Shown here piece after piece: positions 50,531 through 63,242 of a stretch of DNA of 64,000 bases. Origin of the DNA: Torpedo marmorata (taxonomy: Eukaryota); contig OZ360225.1 in NCBI GenBank assembly GCA_977017645.1, positions 170,004,001-170,068,000 of the forward strand, read 5' to 3'. A program made the position numbers and the translations under genes. Each line of letters starts with the position of its first letter. Within the stretch, counting starts at the first letter, position 1. The notes beneath the pieces were generated by a model. That model was not told the DNA's origin, ran no database searches, and was given only the letters and a program-made list of their open reading frames with translations.

Positions 50531-51279
50531 TATTTTTATCTTTGATATATAAAGGACACTGTTTGACCCGCTGAGTTTCTCCAGCATTGTGTTTTTACTA
50601 GCTGCTTTTCTTTTCTGAAATACAGCCTCCTTGACGGTATTAGATAGATTTCAGAAATGCCGTAAGCGGAGCCACTAGCAGGAAGAGCAACCTCAGGAAA
50701 TGATGACAGGGTCTTGCTGATATCAAGAGTTGAAGGCAACATCATTTACCGGCTGACTACATTTCACACTGGGAGATGTCTGCTACTACATGTGAAGAAT
50801 CTCAGCAAACTGCTTTGTGCAGAGTGCTGACTTGTTTGCACCTTTGGTTCTCAAAGCCGTGGTTTTTTTTTGCCTCACTTCACAAGTTGAGTTCACAACC
50901 TATCTCTGATGTGGACTGCTATAAGGAGTGATGAAAATTGGATAGACACCCAAAATGAAGACATTGTAATGGCTCTGGGGAATAGAGCTATGAGTGAAAA
51001 TGATTTATTATCTCTTTCAAAAAGCCAGCACAAGACAATGGCTGAATGACCACCTTCTGTGCTTAAGATTGTATGATTCTTTCAGTTTGGCATGTAGTAC
51101 AGCACCGTGGGGCATTGACTCATTAGAGGTCAATGTTTTTGTCCAAATCATCTGGATGCCCTGTTTTCCAACACCTTGTGCCTTGTACTTTGACAATATT
51201 TTGCCTCTCTCTCTTACCTCAGTGGGTTAGTGCTCATTGAGAAACTTCTAAAATGTTGAGTGGGTCTCTGTCTCCATAA

Positions 51280-51640
51280 TCTCCTAAGAGTTGTTCCAGA
51301 TTTCAATCACCCATTGGGTGAAGAAAGTTCTCCCTCAAATCCCCACTGAATCTTATACCCCTTAGCCTACGTCTACGATCTGGAGCTATATACACCTGTC
51401 ATATGGAGACAAGTTTCTTTCTGCCAATCCTATCTATGTACCTCATAATTTTGAATAGCTCAGTCAACTTTCTCTCTCAACTTCCTTTCCTTAAAGGAAA
51501 ACAGAGCTTACTCTGTCTTTCCTCATAACTGAAACTCTCCTTCCCAGGCAACATCAGGTTGAATCTCTTCTGCAACCTCTGTAATGAATCACATCCTTCC
51601 TACAGAGCTGTGCACCATACTCCAGCTGTGGCCTAATCAA
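51280..51640 (-). mobile_element. Old CR1 LINE fragment
   Basis: Similar to CR1 at 52500-52800 and 59720-59830. Confidence 0.6.
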
Positions 51641-51674
51641 AGCATTTTTTTATTGGTGACAAATATCACTGATG

Positions 51675-51903
51675 TTTTTAGACATACAGCACAGTAACAG
51701 GCCCTTTTGGCCCACGAGCCCGTGTCGCCCAATTACACCCAATTGACCTACAACCCCAGTACATTTTTGACCGGTGGGAGGAAACTGGAGCAGCCAGAGG
51801 AAACCCACGCAAACACGGGGAGAACGTACCAACTCCTTACAGACAGCGCCGGATTCGAACCCCGGTCGCTGGCGCTGTAATAGTGTTGCGCTAACCACTA
51901 CGC
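51675..51903 (-). mobile_element. V-SINE (HE1-like)
   Basis: A box tggttagcgcaac; B box gggttcgaatcc; V-domain; tail gctgtatgtctaaaa. Confidence 0.9.
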
Positions 51904-52939
51904 TTGGAGGTGCTCTCAATGAATAGTAGCAGTACATTTTACAGATAGTACACACCACAGCCGTAGACAACCACTGGTGGAGCACGTAAATGTTTAATGA
52001 GTAGAAGGTGTGCCAGTCATGTGGACTGTTTTGTCCAGGATGGTGTTGAAGTTTCTTGAGTGTTGGAGATGCACTCATTCAGGCAAGCTAAGAGATTCCA
52101 TTGCAGGATTAATATGATGTCTTTAAGCTATAGGATGTGCCAAGGCTCATGAACAATAATGACACGTCACTAGATGACAATTAATACTTGTGGAATGATT
52201 TCTGACTGATTCTCACATCATTACGGTTGACTATGTTCCAAACTGGCCTAGCTGCACTTAGTTCTATGATACGCTATTTGAAAAAAGATCCAACATTAGA
52301 TTCCAAAGGGCAGCTAAGGCTGTACAATAAATGCATTATTTACCAGATAGAACCATAGAACAATACAGCACAGAAAGAGGCCCTTCGGTACATCTAGGCT
52401 GTGTTGAATGATTTTTCTGCCAAGTCCTATTGACCTGCACAAGGACCATAACCCTCCATACCTCTCTTATCTGTGTACCTATCCACACTTCCCTTAAATG
52501 TTGAAATCAAACCAGCATCCACCACCTCCACTGGCAGCTCATTCCACACTCTCACTACCCTCTGAATGAAGAAGTTCCCCCTAATGTTCCCCTTAAACAT
52601 TTCACCTTTCACCATTAACCCATGTCCTCTCATTCTTGTCTCACCCAACCTCAATGGAAAAAAAGCCTGTTTGCATTTACCCTATGTATAACCCTCATAA
52701 TTGTGTACACCTCTATCAAATCCCGCTCATTTTCCAACGTTCCATGGAATAAAGTCCTAACCTATTCAACCTTTCCCTCTAACTCAGCTCCTCAAGTAAC
52801 TGCAACGGGGGGCGTGGCGTGATGGCGTAGGTTGGAGACGTGAGAATACACCTTTCCCCACAGATTTAGTTAAAAAGTGTATATAAATAACTTTACATAG
52901 CTTAAAAATAGATTAAAAGTTTCTATTAAATACTTAGCA

Positions 52940-54452
52940 ATGACCTCTAGAAAAATGAGAGAACAGAAAGCAAAGAAAGCAATGTTTCAACCAATTTTAC
53001 TTCAAGAAGAAGAAAGGCCTACCTGTCCGATGGAGCCTGAGACTCAGGTAATTCTCCCTCCGAAGTCTGCACGATCGAGGACGCCGAGAGTGACTGCAGC
53101 GCCGGCGCTGCTCTCCCAGGGAGCTGGGGAAGATGGCGCCGGCCCTCGAAGGAAAACTACAAGAATGATGACGGAACAACCGCGCATGCGCGAAAAGACG
53201 CGCATGCGCGATAGACAACGCGAACTGTCAGACAAATCTGACAGCAAAAGAGACATCCCACAGACGTTGCAATATGCTGTTGGACTTGAAACATCTTCAG
53301 ATTCAGATGAAAAAGTGAAAGAAAAGAAACAAATGTTGGAGCAAGAAATGGAAGAACTGGAGGGAGACCCTGAGGACTCAACTGATGAAGACCAGTCAAC
53401 AAGGCAAACTCAACAAATACTTCAGGCTATTTCAAAACTGGAATCTCATATGCAATCTACATTTAATGTAATTGAAGAAGAGATTAAAGATGTGAAACAA
53501 GATATGAAAGGTCTGAAAAATACTGTGAGTGCAGTGAAAATGCAAGTTCAAGAAATTGATAAAGAAGTTAAAGAAAATTATGAAGAAATGGTGGATTATA
53601 AGGATAGAGTTGATAAAATAGAAGATTCATTCACAGGTTGGGAACAACAAAGAAATCAACTTTTACAAAAATTGGATGTATTGGAAAATCAAAGCTGGAG
53701 GAATAATATTAAAATTGTGGGACTTCCTGAAAATTTTGAAAAATATGATACAACTGAATGTTTTCAGAATTGGCTTTTGGAGGTTCTGGATTTAGATATG
53801 TCAGTGGAGTGAGAGAGAGCACATAGAATTGGAAGACGGAATCAATATGCGGATCAAAGACCACGTTCAGTTCTGATTAAATGTCTTCGATATCAAGACA
53901 GAGAAAAAATATTAAGAGCAGCTATTCAAAATGCGAAAACGAATAAATCTCCACTGAAGGTTAATGATAACAGAGTTTTCTTTTATCCTGATTTGAGTTC
54001 AACTATAGTTAAAAGTTTGGGGGGGAGAAAATGTATCACATGTATTTTGATAATTTTATATTTTGCCTTATGTACTTTGTGATTTAAAATTTGAAATAAA
54101 ATATTTTTTTTAAAAAACAAACAAAAAAAAACTATAGTTAAAAGTCAGAAAGAATCCAGCAAGAGCGATTCTTTGGAAAAAGGGATATAAGTTTTCCTTT
54201 AGATATCCTGCGGTTCTGAACGTTCAAACTGAAGAAAATCAATTTTGTTCTTTTACGGACTGCCAACAAGCGCTACAATATGCAAATTCTCTTCCTTATT
54301 TGAAGAAAGATCAAGATTTGATGGTCTATCAACAAGTTCAAGGGATTTCACCATCGCAAGTTTCTTTGCCAAGTACTTCAGGAAAAGAGGAGGAAGCCGA
54401 GGTCGAGATTGATGAAGATCAAGATATTGTGGACTCTGAAAAAGCTAAATGA
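52940..54452 (+). pseudogene. L1 ORF1p (coiled coil, RRM, CTD), disrupted
   Basis: ENQSWRNNIKIVGLPE, ERAHR, FYPDLS; stop at 53812 and insertion at 54017. Confidence 0.85.
54017..54129 (+). mobile_element. ~110-bp L1 3'-terminal fragment inserted into L1 ORF1
   Basis: 16-bp TSD aactatagttaaaagt; matches 59610-59708. Confidence 0.85.
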
Positions 54453-54727
54453 AGTTATGATTATAAATGTTGTGTAAAATCTGTTGGGGGAGGTGGACTT
54501 TTTGTTTCTCCTTCCTAGCCACATACCACCTTAGTGGCGAGGGCCACTTTTCGAGTAATGGAGGGGGGTAATACTGGGGTAATTTCACCAGTATTTTATT
54601 CATTGGGGTTTTGTTTTTTCTTTTTCTTTTTTTTCTTTTTTCTTTTCAAGGAGATGTCAAATAGACTACGACTTTGGAGGAAGGTGCTGGTGGATTTGAT
54701 CGAAAGAGATTTAATAAAATTTAGTAA

Positions 54728-57700
54728 TGATGGATAGTAAAACAATAAATGTTGTAAGTATTAATATAAATGGGCTTAATAATCCAATTAAAAGAAAGAA
54801 AACTTTAGCGTATATTAAAAAATTGAATGTAGATATAACTTTTTTACAAGAGACGCATTTGACAGATTTGGAACATCAGAAGTTAAAAAGAGAATGAGTT
54901 GGCCAAGTGGTAGCTTCCTCATTTAATTCTAAAGCAAGAGGAGTAGCTATACTAGTTAATAAAAAGTTACCTTTTAAAATACAATCTGTAGTTATAGATG
55001 TGGCAGGTAGATATGTTTTAATACATTGCCAGATATATTCAGAATTTTGGACACTTATGAATTTGTATGTACCAAATGCGGATGATGAACAATTTATTCA
55101 AGACTCTTTTTTACATTTGTCAGAAGCTAATGAGAATATTTTAATTGGTGGGGATTTTAATTGTTGTTTAGATCCAATAATGGATAAAACATCAAGATCA
55201 TTTGTTAAAACTAAAATTGCTAAAAGAGTTCTCACTTTGATGAAAGATTTAAATTTAATAGATATTTGGAGAAAATTGAATCCTAGAGAAAAAGATTATT
55301 CTTTTTATTCTTTTAGACACGATTCATACTCTAGGATAGATCTATTTTTATTGTCTTCACAGGTTCAAGATAGAATAACGCAAGCATCTTATAAAGCGAG
55401 AATAATTTCTGATCATTCACCTTTATTAATATCTTGTATAATTCCGGAACAAGAGAAAACTGTATATAGCTGGAGATTTAATTCTTCTTTATTAAAAAGA
55501 AAAGATTTTTGTGATTATATGAGAAGGGAAATTCAGGAATTTTTACAAATAAATTCTAATTCTACTGATAATAAATTTATTATTTGGGAAGCTTTAAAGG
55601 CTTATTTAAGAGGTCAAATAATAAGTTATTCAGCTAAAATTAAGAAGGATTATCTTCGGGAGGTAGACAATTTACAGAAGGAGATTGAATACTTGGAGAA
55701 AGATTTGCAAAAAAATAGATCAGATCAAAAAAGGAATAATTTAGTTGGAAAAAAATTACATTATAATTTATAACAAACATATAAAATGGAAAAATTAATT
55801 GAAAGAACTAAACAAAGATATTATGAATTAGGGGAAAGAGCACATAAAGTTTTGGCATGGCAATTAAAAAAAGATCAAACTTCTAGAACTATAAATGCTA
55901 TAAAAAAAAGAATTCTAGGGAAATAACGTATAAACCTCGAGAAATAAATGATTCTTTTAAAGACTATTATTTGAATTTATATAAATCTCAGATTGATCAA
56001 GATGATTCTAAAATTAATAGATTCTTATCTAAAATTACATTACCTAAATTAAATACTCAAAGTAGGGATTTTTTGGATTTACCTTTCTCAATGAGGGAAG
56101 TTAATGAGGTTCTTACTTCTTTAACGAGTGGTAAATCTCCAGGGGAAGATGGATTTCCATCAGAATTTTATAAAGAGTTTAAAGATTTATTGATACCTCC
56201 ATATATGGATGTATTGAAACAAATTACGGAAACTTATTCGTTACCGGATACATTTTTGAACACAATAATCACAGTTATACCTAAAAAAGACAGAGACGTA
56301 TTGAAAACAGAATCATGTAGACCTATTTCATTGTTAAATGTAGACTATAATATAATGGCAAAAATTTTAGCAAATAGAATGGCTAATTATTTACCAGATT
56401 TAATTCATGTAGATCAAGCTGGTTTTATTAAAAATAGATATTCAAAAGATAATATAGCTAGATTAATTAGTTTAATTAATGTGCATAAAAAGAAGGAAGA
56501 TTTACCATTAGTATTAACGTTAGATGCTGAAAAGGCTTTTGATAGATTAAAGTGGAATTTTTTATTTAAGGTATTGGAGAAATTTGGTTTCGGAACTACA
56601 TTTATTAATTGGATTAAAACTATATATAAAGAACCATCTGCTAAAGTAGTTACAAATGGACAAATTTCTTCAAGATTTCCCCTGACTAAATCTACTAGAC
56701 AAGGATGTCCTTTGTCACCACAGGCGCACCCCAAGGATGCGTGCTTAGTCCACTGCTCTACTTGTTATACACTCATGACTGTGTGGCCAGGCACAATTCC
56801 AATGCCATATACAAGTTTGACGATGACACCACAGTTGTCGGCAGAATCACAAACGGCAATGAGGAAGCGTACAGGAGAGAGATAGATCAGCTCATTGAAT
56901 GGTGTAATGGCAACAATCTTGAGCTCAACGTCAGCAAAACCAAGGAGATGATTGTGGACTTCAGGAGGAATTCAGGGGAACACGACCCAGTCCTCATCGA
57001 GGGCTCAGTCGTGGAGAGGGTCAAGAACTTCAAATTCCTGGGTGTCAACATCTCTGAGGATCTGTCCTGGAGCATCCACGTGGATGCAATCACAAAGAAG
57101 GCTCGTCAGCGGCTATACTTTGTGAGGTGTTTGCGGAGATTCGGTATGTCACCAAAGACTCTCGTAAACTTCTACAGGTGTACCGTGGAGAGCATTCTGG
57201 CTGTTTGCATCACTGCCTGGTATGGAGGCGCCAACTCCCAGGACAAGAGTAAACTCCAGAAGGTTGTTAACTCGGCCTGTGACATCACAGGCACCAAACT
57301 TCACTCCATCGAGGACATCTACATGAGGCGGTGTCTTAAAAAAGCAGCCTCTATCCTCAAGGACCCCCACCACCCAGGCCATGCCCTCTTCACTCTGCTT
57401 CCATCCGGAAAAAGGTACAGGAGCCTAAAGACGAGCACTCAACGGCACAAGGACAGCTTCTTCCCCGCTGCCATCAGATTCCTGAATAATCAATGAACCA
57501 AAGACACTGCCTTACTTTTCGTGCACTATTGTTTATAATTTTTTATAGTAATGTTGTTAGATGGTTAATATGAATGTTAATTGCACTATGATGCTGCCGC
57601 AAAACACCGAATTTCATGACTTGTTCATGACAATAAATTCTGATTCTGATTCTGATTTACTTTAGCGATAGAACCTTTGGCAGAATTAGTTAGAAAAGAT

Positions 57701-59446
57701 GTTAAAATTGTAGGTATTAAAGTTGGAACGGAAGAACATAAAATTAATTTATTTGCAGATGATGTATTGATATATATGACAAAACTTATTACATCTTTAG
57801 TACAATTCTCTGCTTTATTGAGAGAATATGGGGAAATATCTGCATATAAGATTAATTCTGATAAAAGTGAAATTATGGCATTAACGCAAGGGGATTATAG
57901 TAAATGTAAAGAAATTACACAATTTAAATGGTCAAAAGAAGGAATTAAATATTTGGGAATAAAGATTGATACAAAATTGGCTAATTTATATAAATTAAAT
58001 TATTTACCATTGTGTATGAAAATTAAAAAAGATTTAGAAAATTGGAAAGATTTACCTATAACTTTGGTGGGAAGGGTAAATTGTATTAAAATGAATGTTT
58101 TTCCAAGAATTCAATATCTTTTTCAATCAATTCCTTATGAAATTCCTCAAAAATGTTTTAAAGATTTAAATTCAATTATTAAGAAGTTTTTATGGAAAGG
58201 AAAGTTGGCAAGGGTAGGTATAGAAAAATTAACTTGGAATTATGAAATGGGTGGTTTACAACTTCCTAATTTTCAAAATTATTATAAAGCAGCTCAATTA
58301 AAATTTGTTAATGAATTTTTTGATTTAACTAAATCTTCTGCTTGGATTAGAATAGAATTAAATAATATAGGAGAAGATTCTAAAGAAGAGGTTATTTATA
58401 AATGGGATTCTAAATTAATATCAACAAGAAGAAAAAATTCTCCTATTCTTAAACATTTGTTAGAAATATGGAACAAGACGGATAAGGAAATAGGAGGAAA
58501 AGGAACGATTTCTCCAAAGATGCTTTTATATCAAAATGAACTTATTCCATTTACTATTAATAATCAATTATTTAAAATTTAGTTTCAAAAAGGAATTAAG
58601 AAAATAAATGACTGTTTTGAAGCTGGGAAATTTATTACTTTTCAAAGAATGAAAGATAAATTCAATATATTGGATAATACACTTTTTGCTTATTATCAAA
58701 TTAGAGCATTTTTGGTTGGGAAATTAGGTTATAGTTTGATCTTACCAAGACAGAATGAATTAGAATTATTAGTTACTAAAGGAGATGTAAATAAATTTAT
58801 TGCTCAAATGTATAGATTGTTCCAGAGAAAAATTCCTAAAGTAGGAATTCATAAATCAAGATTAAAATGGGAATTAGATTTGAATGTAACAATAGATGAA
58901 AATCATTGAAAAGAATTATGTAAATTAAGTATGACGAAGATTATTAATGTTAGATATAGATTAGTACAATATAATTTTTTTCATCAATTATATTTAACAC
59001 CTAAAAAACTAAAGAAATTTAATCCGACATTATCAGGTTTATGTTTTAGATGTAATAAAGAGGAAGGTTCTTTCATACATTCTACATGGTTTTGTCCAAA
59101 AGTTTATGATTTTTGGTTGAAAGTTAAAAATTTTTTAGATAAAGTATTAAAGATCACATTTCCAATGGATCCTATGATATTTTTGTTTGGAGATATTAAA
59201 AAATTTAGTATTAAGATGAAATTAAATATGTATCAAATATAATTTTTACGAATTGCTCTAGCTGTTTCTAAGAAATGCATTGCTATTACATGGAAATCTG
59301 ATGTAGATTTAGGGTTAGATAGATGGCACGCAGAACTTCGTTCATGCATACCACTTGAAAAAATTACTTATAATTTACGTAATAAGTATCATTTCTTTTT
59401 TAAAATTTGGAGCCTTTATATGAAAGTTGTTGGTTTAAGGATTTGA
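54728..59446 (+). pseudogene. L1 ORF2p (APE endonuclease, RT, Cys-rich domain), with stops, frameshifts and a Rex1 insertion
   Basis: NINGLN, LQETHL, GGDFN, SRID, SDH; KSPGEDG, DAEKAFD, QGCPLSP, FADD; CFRC. Confidence 0.9.
56721..57657 (+). mobile_element. Young 5'-truncated Rex1/Babar LINE inserted in the L1 RT
   Basis: Open ORF GAPQGCVLSP...AIRFLNNQ; tail (tctgat)n. Confidence 0.92.
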
Positions 59447-60590
59447 AGATCTCTGGACATCGGATCTACTGGCGAACCTAACCTCCATAATAGAATTAGT
59501 TTATAGATTTAATTTTTAGATTGACATTCTCCTTACTCTATGTTTTTCTTTCTTTATATTTTTATTTTATTAGAATAGTAGGCATGGGAGGGTTAGGGAG
59601 GGGAGGGTGGGAGGGGGGGTGAAAATATATCACAAGTATTTTGATAATTTTATATTTTATCTTATGTATTTTTTGATTTAAAATTTTAAATAAAATATTT
59701 TTTTTTTAAAGTAACCGCAACATCCTTGCAAATTTTCTCTGCACTCCTTCAATCTTATTTATATCTTTCCTGTAGTTAAGTTACCAAAACTGCACACAAT
59801 ACTCCAAATTTGGCCTCACCAATGTCTCATACAACTTCAACATAACATCCCAACTCCTGTAGTTACTACTTTGATTTATGGAGGCTAATGTGACAAAAGC
59901 TCTCTTTACGACCCTATCTACCTTGATGCCACTTTCAAGGAATTATGTATCTGTTTTCCCAGATCTCTCTGTTTTACCATGCTCCACAGTGCCCTACCTT
60001 TTACCGTGTAAGTCCTACCCTGGTTTGTCCTCCCAATGTGCAACACATCACACGTCCACAATCTTGAGATTTATTATGTGCAAATAAAATGGAATAATTG
60101 ATTGGTTAAACACAGATATTAGTATGTGTTTCTACTGAAAGGATGTAAACCTAATGTCACAATGGAATCCCTGCTTTGTTATTTATGCTTTCTCTGATGC
60201 ACAACACAGCAGAAATTGTAATCTTAGTAATAACAAAATGCCAAAAAAAGTCCGTTGTGGTTTGGTTTAGTTTAACAATTCTACCATATAAAATGACTTT
60301 CCAAGAGAAAATTCTGCTTTCTCAGGGTATAGATGAACATAATTGTGCTTCTAATTGCTAACTGCAAAAGCAAATACAATAAAAAATGTAAAAATCCCCA
60401 AAGTTAGGAAAATTGCCATGATCATGTTCCCAAGTGAGTCTCCTGCGCTGAGCAAGAGGGCCAGTGGAAAGGTCTTTCATGTTGATGGGCCAAGTCAGTG
60501 TAATTGCCATTTTCAGAAGTTCTTGAAATCTAAATCCCATGTGTACCATGTTGGGCATGGTAGGGTTGAATGAGTTATGTTTACACTTAC

Positions 60591-60678
60591 CTCTGTACAC
60601 CACAGTTCAGGATCCGTGTAGGAGCTCCAGCATTAGATTGACCAGACTCCCTCCAAATGAACAGCCTTCCACTGCTCA
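60591..60678 (-). other. Candidate exon (unassigned)
   Basis: tttgtaaatag| acceptor and GAG|GTAAGT donor; one open frame with no recognisable protein. Confidence 0.25.
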
Positions 60679-61394
60679 CTATTTACAAATGAAACAAATG
60701 ATGTCACATCGACTTCAAATTGTGCTTAATGGGAAAAAAAATTAAAGGTGGTATAGCCAATCAATCCAAGCTTCTTGAATATCCCTTGACATCATACATT
60801 ATATTTTTGTCTTCCATGATGATACCTTAGTTGTTTTGAACCTTATACATTTTTTGTGTGGATTAAATCACTCAAAATAATTATTTCCTCAGACCTTTGC
60901 TGCTGTAACTTTGCCAAATCCCATGAGTCTGCTGTAAAAAATATCTGGTAATGTAGCAGCAGTAGTGTGGAGGAAATATGCTCCAGTTTCCTTCCTTCTT
61001 CTCCTGAATGGAATGACTCATGCTAGGGAATATTCCATGGATACCAAATGGTATCCAGTACCCCTCCCATGAGGCCTCATCTCAACTTTGATATAGAGTA
61101 CTGAAAGAAAGAAGTTAGGTTAATTTTTCTTTTGTGTAGTGCAATCTCCGAAGGAATTCAATCTAATCTTAGTCAGATTGCTTGAAAACAAGTCTCACAA
61201 CTTCCAAAATTTGTCTGGTTGTGAGTGATATATGGTTATACAGAGGCTATTGGCATGTTCAGAGATGTTAAAAAATTATTTGCACAATTGATATCAGCAA
61301 ACAGTATGGTCAGAGTGGGCCACTTATATGAAAGAATATCTTAGCAAGAGGATTAGGGACTAAAATAAAATTATTTAAAAATGTCCTGTCTTAC

Positions 61395-61487
61395 CTGGGC
61401 CATTGATGTTGAGTCTAAGGCATTAATCTTCTGTCAGGCAGGTTCTGTTTTATGAATTCCATTCCCCTTTTCCTCAGCACTCACCAT
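61395..61487 (-). other. Candidate non-coding exon
   Basis: ctgctttcag| acceptor and CAG|GTAAGA donor; stops in all frames. Confidence 0.25.
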
Positions 61488-62689
61488 CTGAAAGCAGATA
61501 CTCCAACTACTTATTCGATTCCCCACATCCCCTTGTCTCCATTTGAGCCTCTAACCAACCATTCCACTACTTGATTATATCTCTCATACTCTCTACCCCA
61601 ATGTTTGAAGTGCAAGTTCTCAGAGTCCCATTCTTTGATGCCTGACCCCCTATGCCCTGATTCTTGAAATCTTGACCCTTGACCCTTTGGGATTCCAAAC
61701 TTCAATGTCACAAATCCAATCAACTCCAGGTCTAACTCAGACTCCAACTCCTAACAACAGTTCTGTTTCAATTCCTCCCATAGAGATGCTGGAATCTGTG
61801 ACCTACCTATTCTCTGTTTTCAGTTCTCATTGCACACATGTTATTCTCACATGAAAGGCCTTTTGTCCCTTGCAATACTGTAGCCTCATGCTTGAAAGAA
61901 TATTACCAACAGTGGGATGTGGACAAAACTTTTCCTCATCCCTTAGACCATTGCTTTAAAGTGTCTATTTCTGTGCTAAAGAATTGGTGAGCTCAGTTTC
62001 TAATTAAGCCACACTTTTACTACCTCAGAATCACCCAACCATCTTAGATTTAAAAAAAAAAATGCTGTACAGAGGAGATGTGACTGTTCATCTACACGTG
62101 CAGTAATGTGATAATGATCAAATGACATTTTTAAAAGTTGATGTGGAAATATTGGCCAGGATATCGGAGGAGGATGCACGTGTTTTTCTTCGAAACACTG
62201 CCAGTCAAGTGATTTCCCCATCTTAAGTACTGGATGAAGCAAAGGTTTCCTCCAATTATATACTGGAATGTTCTGAGGTTATGTCCCCATCACAATCCCA
62301 GTTCAATGGATTGAACCATCTGTTCTCAGCTTTGCAATCATTTTACTCCCAAATTGATCTGTGGGCTACACATTTGTAGCATCGCAAACTGCATGTTTCT
62401 ACCTTCCAACATCACTTTAGTCTGCTCATGCATCAGTTCCTGTGCTAGTGAAATCATTACCCATGTCTTTGTTACCTCTACTCATGAATATTTTGATGTA
62501 AGGTTTTCTGTCTTCCCTCATTTCATTCCCTGTAAACTTGTCATGTAAAACTCTCTATCATTGTCATGTAAGTTGCACTGCCCCGATAGTCCATCATCTT
62601 TAAGATATCAGGGCTGTTCAGTTGCTTTAACAGCAGTACTGCTGGTGTAGACTCAGAAGGAGTGGGGAGCAGGGCCTTTTAGCCTTGGA

Positions 62690-62880
62690 GTGGACCTTTC
62701 AGAACAGGAAACCACAGCAGGAGACCAGTCTCCAACTCAGGGCTCAGCAGCTGAAGGCTTCATACCAGGCCGCAGGCTGCTGGTGGCCAGCTTCTGGGAA
62801 CCAGGTATTGAGTCTAAGATTTGCGAAGAAGCGATGGCGAGCAGGTTTCCCGAAGGATACCAGGCGCTGACAGCTTCCCA
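62690..62880 (+). mobile_element. Old decayed relative of the GC-rich retroposon
   Basis: agggctcagcagctgaagg...caggctgctgg...gggaaccaggtat motifs. Confidence 0.5.
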
Positions 62881-62974
62881 ATGCTTCGTGGGTTTGGAAG
62901 CAGGGATTGAGGAGATGCAACTTGGATGCCTCCATCTCGATTCTACCTTTAGGCAGAAGATAAAGAAACCTGAA

Positions 62975-63240
62975 GTCCAGCACCTCTAGATTGAAGAACA
63001 GTTTTTATCCAATAGCTATTAGGCTCTTGAACTTCTCCGTACTACCCTAACCATAACCATAAACTAGGATCACCAAAAGATCTGTTTGGACTATTGTAGA
63101 GTCAGTTTTACTTCTTCTGCTACCTGCATCTGTAAATATTTATCTGTCTATCCTTTTATATTTATTATATTTTTTCTGTCTTGGCATATTGTGTTAATTT
63201 AATGTATACGATAGTAGTTGGTGTATCTTACGTATCTGTT
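62975..63240 (+). mobile_element. Old Rex1-like 3' fragment
   Basis: Similar to 22700-22960 (aagaacagttttt...ctcttgaact). Confidence 0.5.
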
Positions 63241-63242
63241 TG

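Larger units (their letters stand above)
47235..50600 (+). mobile_element. Near full-length Penelope-like element (Pro-rich N-terminus, RT, GIY-YIG endonuclease), frameshifted
   Basis: VLSRGLTFVP, KPADKG, MGTRMGPSYA, YIDD, LPFLD, LIYCIRC..CGLLYIGET. Confidence 0.9.
52807..59708 (+). mobile_element. Full-length L1 (LINE-1 clade), inactivated; TSD aagtaac(t/c)gcaac
   Basis: TSD at 52794-52806 and 59709-59721; short 5' UTR, ORF1, ORF2, G-rich 3' UTR. Confidence 0.92.
52347..60050 (-). mobile_element. CR1 LINE (52347-52806 and 59709-60050) split by a full-length L1
   Basis: TRMRGHGL...FFIQRVVRVWNELP; continues after the L1 TSD. Confidence 0.8.

Noticed and set aside
54480-54575. Possible ribozyme in the L1 inter-ORF spacer (gccac…gtggc hairpin)
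   Set aside because: No HDV-like or hammerhead topology could be fitted by eye; a covariance search would be needed.
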